Origin: Callorhinchus milii
Lineage: Eukaryota
Direction: 5' to 3'
Assembly (NCBI RefSeq): GCF_018977255.1
Contig: NW_024704743.1
Location: forward strand, 78,432,001 to 78,496,000
DNA: 64,000 nucleotides
The position numbers and the translations under genes are program-made. Below are positions 11,238 to 22,600 of the stretch, in pieces. The stretch's first letter is position 1. Every line of letters begins with the position of its first letter. The notes beneath the pieces were generated by a model. That model made no database searches. It was not told where the DNA came from and was given only the letters and a program-made list of their open reading frames with translations.

Positions 11238-13628
11238 TTAGTTTACAGAAATATTGCTAACAAAAGTTGTCGAAGTACTAGTAGTCAGGGTAGACGAGGT
11301 AGCATCAAAACTTCCTCGTCTTGATCCCCCACGTGAACCTGAACGGGAGCCTGAACGAGAATTTGGTCCAGATGAACTCAAATTGTAAGGACTGTTGATT
11401 CCTTTAGAAGAGAAAGATGATGCCTCTAACATCCTTAAGCCAGTTTTCTCCTCAACCATAGAACGATCCATTGCTTCTTTGTATGAAATCTTCAACTTTG
11501 TTTTGGGGCAGGTCAGATTTTTTGAATAGCTGTTGAAGTCTTGAAGCTTCTGAGCTGTTTTGCCACTGATCAAGCCTTTTCTTATTGCTTCTTCCACAGG
11601 GATTCGCCCTGAAACATTTGGCAGGACCAGCCCACCTGTAATGAACTGATACTCAAGGAAGCGATTTCCAGCTTCATATGGCAGCCAATTCTCCTTAATT
11701 GCTTCTGCTGCAGAGAGCTTCTTTTTGTTTTTAACATCCTCAAAACCAACAAATGCTTTTTGTGCTGGTTTTAAACGCTTTCCCATATCTTCATCAATGA
11801 TACCTTGAATTATAGAATCTTGGATAAGTAATTTTTGGTTAGTGCCAGGATTTATGATCCCTCCTGTGCAGGCCTGGGCTTCGAGCAATCTTTGCCCTGT
11901 AATGGAATCAACAATGTTGCGACGCACAGCTTCAGAAATTGTTATTTTTTCCAATGTTTCAATATCAAATATTGCAGCAATGGGACTGAACTCATCAGAA
12001 GAAACAAATAGTGTTTTTGTAAATTGTGGAGATGGACTGGGACTCCTGTTTGTTGAATGATGCAGTTTACTCACATTCCGTGTATCAACGTTGGTCTTGT
12101 CACTAAACAATTCTGCAAACTGCGTAAGTGACATAACTCCAGCGCGGTAGTCATCAAAACTCTTTTTGTCAATTAAACCTTTCTTCAAATAATCTTCAAT
12201 GTCGTATTGGATGCCAGTTTTTCTATCAACCACCACTGTTTTTACACTCCCATCTGATCCTGAAATTGTTATTTCTTCCCACTCTGCCTCCTGTTCAGAA
12301 AGTTCCACAAAAGTTTCATAATCTATCAAGTCTTTGTGATATGCTTCACGTACTGACATTTCCCGGTTTGTATCAGGGTCTACAATGACAATTCTACGTT
12401 TTCTGACCGCTGATGTAGATGTCGTCGTTTTCTTCTTTTCGGTCAGTTGCAATAAACAAAGGTTGGTAACTTTATCAGTAACGCATCGTTCCATCAGCTG
12501 AAGGTAGGTTAAATTTTCCTCTGTGTTGGGATCAAAGAAGCCCTTGGTATCATCACCTGGATCAATGAGAATTTGATTCATTTCTTCATCAAAGTAATTG
12601 CGTTTGTAAGCAGTGTGAACTGGCAAACGGTGGCTTTGGGTGGGATCTATAATTCCCCCGGTTGCTATTTGGGCTTCCAGTAGTCGAATGCCATGAGTTG
12701 GTTCAATTAATTCTTTCTTCATTGCCTGAAACAAGGAGATGAGTTTTCCTGTTTCGGGATCTTTGTAACCAGTAACAGCCTTTTCAGCTGAGAGAAGTTT
12801 ATTTTTGAATTCTAGACCTATAAGCCCGCTTTGAGCAGCCTGTTCAACCGTCAACTTTAGGTTTTTGACTGGGTCAATCATATGGCCTGTGGCTGCTTGA
12901 GCTTCCAAAAGTTCAAGAGCAGTGCCACGTCTAATCAAGCCCTTTCTCATAGCTTGATAGACTGAAAGCTTCTCCCTTGTGGCTTCTACAAATATGCCTG
13001 CAATGCTACTTTTACCTTGGAGTAAGTCCTGGTACTTGTGGCTAACTTCCTCTGCTGTTATTCTCCCAGTTTCAATATCACTAGCTGTTTTTTCATCTAT
13101 AACTTCAGAATTCACAAGTTCATGCAATGACACATGGTCTCTAATGCCTAGTAATTTTATTTCCTTCTTGGGCACCTCACTGAGTCTTTGAATTTCCATT
13201 TGTAATTGGATGCGCAGAGCTTCCAACTCAGATTGCTTTTCTCTATCAGCAGTTGCTAGTTTCCACTTGCACCTTTCCTCCAGCATCCTCAGTTCTTCTT
13301 CCAATCTGGTGATTTCAGCTTTCAAACGATCAAGCTCACTAGTTGCCTTTCCTTTATCTAGTTCTTGGTGTCTGATTGCCTGGTCTTTCATTTCAGCTTG
13401 GCTCTTCCAATAGGTTAGATCAGTTTTGACATGTTGAATCTCATCTTGCATATGCAACTTCGATCGGGATTCAGTTTCCAGGAGTGCTTTTATTCGACTC
13501 AATTCATCTTCATAATGTTGAAGTCTGGATTTGTCCTGCTCCAGAAGTCTGATCTTCAGTAGGAGAGATTCTTTTTCATGCAAGATTTCTTCTCGAGAAA
13601 TCCGCGTGATTTCTATCTTATTAGTTGC
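11238..13628 (-). CDS. DSP: DSP exon 24 (rod end, PRD-B, linker, PRD-C, GSRS tail)
   Basis: ATNKIE...[68 protein letters not shown]; stop TAA ends at 11238. Confidence 0.97.
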   Translation of the reverse strand, partial: ATNKIEITRISREEILHEKESLLLKIRLLEQDKSRLQHYEDELSRIKALLETESRSKLHMQDEIQHVKTDLTYWKSQAEMKDQAIRHQELDKGKATSELDRLKAEITRLEEELRMLEERCKWKLATADREKQSELEALRIQLQMEIQRLSEVPKKEIKLLGIRDHVSLHELVNSEVIDEKTASDIETGRITAEEVSHKYQDLLQGKSSIAGIFVEATREKLSVYQAMRKGLIRRGTALELLEAQAATGHMIDPVKNLKLTVEQAAQSGLIGLEFKNKLLSAEKAVTGYKDPETGKLISLFQAMKKELIEPTHGIRLLEAQIATGGIIDPTQSHRLPVHTAYKRNYFDEEMNQILIDPGDDTKGFFDPNTEENLTYLQLMERCVTDKVTNLCLLQLTEKKKTTTSTSAVRKRRIVIVDPDTNREMSVREAYHKDLIDYETFVELSEQEAEWEEITISGSDGSVKTVVVDRKTGIQYDIEDYLKKGLIDKKSFDDYRAGVMSLTQFAELFSDKTNVDTRNVSKLHHSTNRSPSPSPQFTKTLFVSSDEFSPIAAIFDIETLEKITISEAVRRNIVDSITGQRLLEAQACTGGIINPGTNQKLLIQDSIIQGIIDEDMGKRLKPAQKAFVGFEDVKNKKKLSAAEAIKENWLPYEAGNRFLEYQFITGGLVLPNVSGRIPVEEAIRKGLISGKTAQKLQDFNSYSKNLTCPKTKLKISYKEAMDRSMVEEKTGLRMLEASSFSSKGINSPYNLSSSGPNSRSGSRSGSRGGSRRGSFDATSSTLTTSTSTTFVSNISVN

Positions 13629-16600
13629 CTAAATGTCAAAATAAACACATTTTTTTAATGTTTTAATCTCTTAAAATAATTAAAAGATATCCTAAATTGT
13701 ATTAGAAATCATTAAAATCATGTTTCACCCACAAAATATACAGTCAATTCACTTTACAGTATATTCTGTGAAGTGCTTTGAGACTCGAAGACATGATAAG
13801 CTGCTACATCAAATGCAAGGATTATTATTATCAACTTCTTCAGGTAACCATTATTATACTATTATTATCAACTTCTTCAGAAGTACATTACACCAACACT
13901 ACCAAGGTGTTTAAAATTATATATTTGCAGAGCTTGGGGAGTTCATAAACAAGGGATACAAGTATAGGATAGAAACTAGGGGATCTAAACAAGAATATAG
14001 GAAAAAAACACGTCATGCAGAGTGTAGTGAGATAGATTATGGAACTCGTTGCCTGAAATGGTGGTTGAATCAGATGGTGTGGATTCAAGAAGAAGCTGAC
14101 TTTCACATAGGGAGAGGGGGAATAGAAGTGTATGGGAGGATTAAGGAACAAGTGAAGATTCATATGGAGTATTAACACTGAAACAGACTGCTTGGCCTGT
14201 TTCCATGCAGAACATTCTTTGTAATTATGCAGAACTCTACTCCAGTACAATTACTTCTGGAGCATAGTTCCTCACATTCAGTGTGGCAAACTTCTGGTTA
14301 ACAGAAACTTTTATTTATGACTAGAACACTATTTTGTTATATATTTAAACTGGAAGCAATTATTTTCTTCTTGGTTTCATAACCATTTCCCATATCTATT
14401 GTATACCATAATCTATTAACAGTTCTAAAACAAAAAAATCCTATTAATTTGTATATAATTTATCCTATTATTTAGAATATTAGAAATCAGTTTCTCAAAG
14501 ATCAGGTGAAAGCCAATAAATAACTTGAATGTGTAAATACATCTTATACTAATTATAATAATTATTATTATTCAAAGACATCTGAAGCTTTTCACTTCAA
14601 CTAACCCACTGCCCACTGTCTTGTGATATTTCTGACAACATCTTTTCAGATCTGTATTTTACAATGCTTCTCATTTGATTTTTTCATAATTTTCTTAAAC
14701 TTTTTTTCTTTGTTTTATTTTAATGTCAACCGGTATCAAAATTTAGCTTCAGAATCGGCCAGCCTTACTGTAATTTAACCTGAACTACATATACATTACA
14801 AGTTCTAGAATTCTTCACCTTATACTGTTCTTTCTAACATGAAAAACGGCTTCAGATGATGTAACCCAACTTCCACATATCCAGTAACCCATTCTACTAC
14901 ACAGTTTACATTTTTAATTCCTCTATTTCTTTTTGACTTTAAGAATTCAGGCTTCAAAATGTATAATTCTGTATTTGTCTTTTAAGCAAGAATGATCTTA
15001 AAATGCCTTATAGCATGACATTTATGAACAAAAATAATAAGATGTTAGATTTTCATGAATATTTTTTAGACTTCTTTCTCACAATTTTAGGGTTTCTGAC
15101 AATTAAAAGCAGTTCATTATAAACTGGATGAGTTATTATGTTTAGATATGACTTACTTTATCAAAGAGTGTAGATTTCAGGGCAAATTCAAAGGCCTTCA
15201 TTCTAAAATATTGTTATACTCATTTGAGCCATTAGTTGTTACAAAATAATACTTTCCAAACTATGCCATGATCCTTTGGATTTTTTTGCCATTATATTTC
15301 TGATTCAGGAAACTTGAATGGCGTAGACCATGGGTATCTTCAAAGCTTCCAATCAACTGCACTTAGTCTTTGATCTGTTTTGCAGCATCGTAGACAGTTA
15401 ACTTAATTTCTGTTATCCAAGTTAGACCACATCAAATCTATGTACCTTTGAGTCGCCTGAATGGTTTGTCTAAAAATTCAGCAAGCTCAAGTGTACAGTG
15501 ACCTTAGCATAAACTCAAACCTTTCAGAGTAAGGAGCAGTTATTCAATAGCTAAAGCTATTTTTAAAATGTATGATTAGGTTGAAACTAAGACAAAGGGC
15601 TATGGAAAATATGATTACCTACTTGAGGAATAGAATAATCTGTTAATTTAATAGGAATCAATTGCCACATATCACTGGAATAAACTCAGAATATCAATAG
15701 GGAGAATCACAAGTGATATCCTTTAAGATTTGTTTTTAAGATCTGTGACACAGAGTCATTGGTCCTACATCAATTCTAGCTAAGGTATTAGTTTTTTTTT
15801 TGCATGACAAATCATCCATAGTTCAACAAAGAACTGTAGTCAGAAATAACCTAAAAACAAATAAGTCCAAGGAAAATCCCTTGGTAAATATGTGATTTAC
15901 ATTTGTTTTAATTTAGCCTTCCAGATTATTTCCACATAACGATCTTAAACTTGGCCCGTGTTATGGCTGCGCATCAAGTTGAATAACATTTAATCAATAA
16001 CAATGATGTTATTACCAATGGAGTTTTTCTTCCCAATGGTTTCCATGAAGTTGAAGGCAACTCTTACCAGTAGCCAAAACCAAAGAGCAAAGGAATGTGC
16101 TAGGAAATGGAGGGTCAGATTTTTAGGCCTTCCAGAATGACTTCAACCTAATCACCAAAACGTAACTGATTCAGATATTTCCAAATGTTTGGTTTGTAAC
16201 AATTGTTACAGAAAGGGTACCTAATACAAATCTTTTCAATCCATTTCACCCACAAAAGTCAATTCACTTCATAGCATATTCTGTGAAGCGCTTTGAGACG
16301 TCTTGAAGACATGATAAACTGCTATATCAAATACAAGGATTATTATTGTTAGACAGTTCCTTGTTGGGTAGAAGGATGTCACAATCGGATTCAATGCCAA
16401 CATTTAGTTAATCCTCTGTGTGTGTGGGGGGGGAGAGGGGGACGCAGAGGAAGATGAAAGGACCTCATATAATGGCCTGAAAAATGCTATTCATTTTACA
16501 TAAAGCATTTGGTATAATTTGTTTGTCTTGAATCAGAATGTTTTCATTCCCTAATGGGAGAAACTATCATTTCACTAATAGGAAGATTTCCCCAAGTATT

Positions 16601-19600
16601 TTTTGCATTTATAATTGATGAATTATCAAAAGATCTTACATTGTTTTAATGCTTCTTTTGGATAAAAATCTCAAATGTAAAGGAAATTTTGGAAATACCT
16701 AGGTCGGTCATTGAAAACTAAACACTGAATGGCATTGTCAGTTTGAACCATAATCTCAGTATAAGACAAGTCATTGCTGGAGCCTTTTAATCAATCCATG
16801 GACATGGATTTACTGTGGCAAAGCACAAGAGTTAGATACAATGAAGGCTTACCTAATTCCAGAAAATACTGGACCCAGATTGGCAGCGTAAATAGAATCA
16901 CAAAAGTAGAATCTACTGCAATGAAACAGGCCATTCGGTCCAACTGGTCCATATCAGTGTATACACTCCACATGAGCCTCCACCCCTCCTAATCCCACCT
17001 CCCTAACATTTCTATACACTCCTCAATTCTCCTCTCTCTCTCTCTCCTCTCTCTCTCGTGTACAGCCAAGGCTTAGAGTCCCCAAATTGTGTGAGATGGG
17101 GTATTGCTTGAGTTCAACCAGCTAAAGCTAAATAGGTTATTATTCTAAGCATTATTAATGCCAAGACAAATGATGCTGACTTTGCTTCAAAGAGGACCTT
17201 CTGGATGGTGTTCAAGTTTGGTTGAGGCTAATTCCTTGGTCTGTATTTATGTTGTCAGTATGGTTTAATGACCCATGTATAACAATACAATGCTACATTA
17301 ATGTTTATCACCTGTCCATACCACGAGTTGCAGATCTAAAACATACTGATCTTACAGACAGTCTTTTAGAGCTTTTCCTGGTTCTCAAGAGACCTACTAC
17401 CTGGAATGGGACCAGTGGACCATCGACTCCACCTTTTCACCTCATTGCTTACTAGACTTCATCAGATGAGATGCCTCCCTAATGCTCAAATATAGAGTAA
17501 GGCATAATGGCATCCAGGAGTACATTTTTATAGTGGCTGGGACAGAAGTCACAATATCTCAACATCACAGATATAGAAAACATCTTAAAGGGTGTCACTT
17601 ATGCATGGCATGAGCTCTCCTTAAATGATATCTGCAGGATGCAAATGAAGAAGCAGTGTTATTTCCACAAATTGGTTTTAGAACTCATGAGATAGTTAGA
17701 TGTTTCATGTAAATTAAGCATGTCGCAGACCTCTATGAAATATTCGGGTTGTAACACTTGCATTGAATGCTTTATTGAACTTATTCCTCATTGTTTAGAT
17801 CAGCTTGTTTGATGTGAAAGACAGTTACCCTTATAGCATTTCCACTAATTCTTTTTGATCAAAGTATCCAGATGTGACTTATTTTCATAATTCTGGAAAT
17901 CTTAAAATATCTTAAACATAATTTTGAAATAGTCGAGTGCTGCAGTGCATTAGTATTTATACTTTATACTTTTTCTACTCAACCAAAGATTGTGGATAAA
18001 AAAAATCTTACACAAAATATTTTCAGTGTAAAACAGTAAAACTTGTATATACCTCTAGAGCTTGCTTTTGGAATATCTCAACTTCCACTTTCAATTTTTC
18101 CCTCTCATTCTTTAACTCATTAATGAGTTTTTGCAGGTCAGCTGTTCTCTTGCTAGTCAGTTCAAGTTGGTACTTGAGTTCAGAGATCAATTTCCCCTTT
18201 TCACCTTCATTTTCATTTTGTTTATTCTGAAAATCATCCAGAGAAATCCTTATATTTCTGCATTCTTCTTCTAACCTCAGTCGTTCTTTTGTGAGTTTTT
18301 CCACGAGTGAACGAAGTCTTTCTATTTCGGTTATGCTTTCATTCAGACTCTTACTCTTATCTTCAATAGTTTTCTGACAATGTTCATTTCTCAGATGAGC
18401 CTGTCTTAAATTGTCTTGTTCCTGAGTTAACTGGTGACGCAGTTTCTCTATTTCAGCATACAGCCTATTGAGCTCCTCTGTACTGACCTTCTTCTCATTA
18501 AACTGATGTTCAAAAGATATCCTTTGCTCTTTCAGATCATCCTCAAGTTTTTTCTTTGTGAATGAAATCTGTTCAATCTGCTGTGTGAGCTGACTGATTG
18601 TAATTGTATATTCTTTACAACTTCTCCTAATGCATTCTAACTCTTCTTCAGCCTTCTTTCTCTTTGAAGACTCTTCAAGTACATATCTCTTTTGTTGAGC
18701 AATCTCCTCTTCTATCTTCACTTTAAAATGGTTTGCTTCTCTTATAGTGCTTTGGAGTCGTTCAATTTCTTGCAATGACCTATTCTTCTCATTAGATGCT
18801 CTCTCATAATCCATTTTGATACGCTTATACTCTTCCTCTACGGTATGAATTCTGGTAAATGAGTCTGTGGTCTTCTTCTGACTTTCCATGTTCAGTTGCT
18901 TCAGTTTGTCATTATCATTTTCTAGATTTTTCCGTTTATAAATTTCCTCTTCTAATAAAACTTTCACTCTTTCGAGTTCCCTTGTTTTGTCACTAATACA
19001 CTTAGAAGTATCTTCCTGGAAAGCTTTATGCCTCAGTATTTCTTCTGATCTAATTTTGATTAGTTGTTGGTGTTCTCTTTCCAACTCCAATCTCTTCCTA
19101 GATTCATGAGTACCAGATGCTCTCTGCTGTGCAATATTCTCTTCTGCCTTTGTTCTATGCAATTCAGATTGTTTGATGGAAATTTTCAACCGTTCTATTT
19201 CTTCTTGGAGATTACTTTTCTCTCTTGAAATGTTGTCCAGCTTTATTTTTAGCCCTGAAGTATCATCCTTTTCGATAGAGAGCTGCTCAATTGTGGATTC
19301 ACTTATCTTGATCTGTGTTTCATAGTGTGATTTCAACGTAGTCATTTCAAATCCATGTTTGTTCTTAATCTTAACTAGTTCACTTTCAATCTCTCTCCTA
19401 GTGTTAGACTCTTCCTCTAGCAGTTTTCTAAGCCTCTGTATCTCATGCTCTTTCTCCTTGAGTGTTTTTTCAATCTGCACCTTGAGCCAAATGACATCAT
19501 CCAACTCCTTTTGTTTGATATGGAAAACACTGTCATGCTCATCTTTTTGCTCAATTTTCAGTTTCTCACTCGATATTCTCAGCCTTCTTTCCTCTTCAAG

Positions 19601-22600
19601 TTCAAATGTCAGTCTTGTAATCTTCTCGTTGATTTCTTTCATCTGACTAATATTTACCTCTAGGCTGTGCTTCGCATTATCACGTTCCATTTCAGCACTT
19701 CTCCTCTGCTCCTCCAGGATTACAACCTTTTTCCTCAGTTCTGTGATCTCAACTTGAATCTGACTTAAATGTTGATCAAAAAACTTCTTCTGTTGGCTAC
19801 TATCAGCATTCTCACCCTTGGCATGCTTAAGTTCCTCTTCCAAAAGTTCTATTTTTGTGTTTTTTATCTGTATAATTAAAATTAATGGAAGTGGCCTGTA
19901 ATATTTGTCTTTGTATCACCTACAATTTTTAAAATCCAACACTCATTTACAGATTGCGACCAGGGTTACATTCTAGAGCAAAACGCTCAGAGGCTGTCCT
20001 ACTGGGCACACATTAGCACTGCATTACAAAGAGCAGAACATCATTACTTCCTACTTCAAAATTGCAAATTGCCACTACAGTAATATAGAGGACAACGATG
20101 ATTTAAAGAAGTTGTTTCCAGGAAAGGGGTAAAAATTAAATTTACCTTTACTTCCTCCGTGTTCTTCAACATCTCACTGAGACACTTGTAATAGTCACCT
20201 GATCTTGTAAGAAGTTCAATGTATCGAGACTGCAGATCTGCAGACTGTAGGGGGGGGGAAACAATGAATTGCATCTTAAAAATGTGAATAAAGAAATACA
20301 TTTAAACTTATGAACATTTGGATTCGTTTCTTAACTAAGAGAGGTGACTGGGTGGAAAAAGAAAATAAATTTTCTGGCGTATTGCTAGTTCTAGTCATAG
20401 ACCATATATCATACACTACAACTAGCAGACATCCAATAGATGGCTTATCCATATACTTCCTGTAGGGGTAGATGGTTTTTGCCACTGCTAGAAATCTGTT
20501 TGATAAATTCTAAGAGGAAGAGCTTCGTAGAACTACTACTGTTAGGGTGCCAGGTCCAGAGGCAACACAATCACAGTATTTGACAGCAATTTATTTGTTG
20601 AGGTGGGTGTCTTGACACATGCGGAAACCTATCACCATGCTTGAAAGTATCCAAACGAAACTGAGATTTCCTCCTTTAAGCACTACATCAAGGATTGTTC
20701 ACTTATTATTTAGTTAGTAGAGGAGAAAGGAGAATTTAAAACATGACAATAACACAAAACTACAAGCAACAGCTGCATTTAAGTCTTAAAAATAATTTAG
20801 AATTATTTTACAAAACAAACATTGCGGGACTTTTCTCGTTACTAGCTTTAACTGCAGAAGAAAATGGGCCAAAAACAGAAATGCAATTAAGCAAAGTTTT
20901 AGTTCAGAGGTCTATCAAAAGCATCTTGCTTATTTTCCTCAGTTGCATCACTGACTTATAATTATAGAGTGCCAGTATTGCTCAGTTGGTAGCACTTTGA
21001 GCCATGTCAGGTCTTCGAACTCCTATAGTCCAAGCTGACATGCCAATGCATTGCTGGAGATGTGCTGCATTGTTAGAGGTGCCGCACTTTAGATGAGATG
21101 GTAAGCTAAGTTTCCATGTTAAAGATCCTACAGCATTATTTGGAAAGAACAGGGTGTTTCTCCAGGTGTCCCAGCCAACAATCCCCAAATAAACAATTGG
21201 TTCTTCACTTCATGGCTGTTTGTTGAACATTGCTGGTGCAAATTAGGTACTGTATTTGGCTACAAAACGCACAGTCACTTTATATATTGTGAAGTGCTTT
21301 GAGACATTATTCTGTTGTGAAAGGTGCTACATCAAATGTAAGGATTATTTATGAGATAGGATACACAGATGTTACCGCGGACTTCAAATGTAATAATAAT
21401 CATTCTTGCATTTAATAAAGCGTTTTTCATATCAGGTGGACATCTCAATCAGAATTTACTGTAAAGTGTAGTGATATTATGTAGACAAATACAGTAGTCA
21501 ATATGTGCACAGCAATGGCCTACAAACATATGGGGAATTATTGGCCAATACATCAGAAGAAACTTCCTTCTCTTTTCAAATAGGGGATTCTTATTATCCT
21601 TCTGAACAGACAGACAGAACCTCAATTTAAAGTCTTATCCAGAGAATGGAACCTCCAACAATGCAGCACACCTCCAGGACTGCATTGGAGAGTCAGCGTA
21701 GACTATTTGATTTCAATGCTCTGACATGGTTCGTAAACCCATAATATCTGACTCAAAAGTGAGAATACTACCAACTGAGTCTGGCTAACATTTATAGGTT
21801 TAAGAAATGTATGGAAATCACAGGATCACAAGACTAATTTGGATAATGCAGGCCCTTCAGCTCACATGATCTCATACCTCCAGAATACCCACCCCAGCAT
21901 CTTCAGTCATAACTTGGACTGTAATACTTGGTTGAACTGTGATGTTTGATGTTTTAATAATTCAGTCATTTAATTTAAGACAAAGTAGACTGCAGAACAC
22001 TGAGCTCAAAGCAAAAGCACAAGAAAAAAACTACTTGAATTACCTCACGAAGAATGTTAGTGGAAGCTGACTGTGCCACTTGCCTCTTGATTGGAATTTT
22101 AAGTAGCGTCTCCAGACCAGCACTGAATGATGCTAACTGAAGCTCATAATCCTGTAAATATGAGAATATGTATGTATATGTCTCACAGTTCCATTTACAA
22201 ACAATGAGGTTTTAAAGCATTCATCAGCAAATGTGCAGTTTAAAATGGTACATTGGAATGTACAATGCATCTTCTCCAGGGAACCCCATTTATGTCATGC
22301 CCGCCCGTGAGAAATTGGCTCAGATGAGATCTTATTTCAGAGCTATGTTCCTGCAATTGGCGTCATGTACACGTATTTCCCTGGAGGACACGTATTTTAC
22401 ACCCAATGATGCAAGACTTGGGAGTTTGGCGGTGGTTAACTGATGACTCAAAAGTTGGCCATTTTTAGCTCAGGAAGCTGGCTGTCACAAGGGAAATCAG
22501 CCAGCTTTCTGGTTACCTGCACAGCGAATGCAGAAGAGCTGACTGGTGCTCACACCCTTCTATTATTGTTGGTTGGGATTATATGGACTCCAATTACGTT

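Noticed and set aside
13629..18052. Hidden exon encoding PRD-A or the missing rod unit in intron 23
   Set aside because: No long ORF or plectin-repeat motif is present, and both missing segments would lie inside exons 23 and 24 rather than between them.
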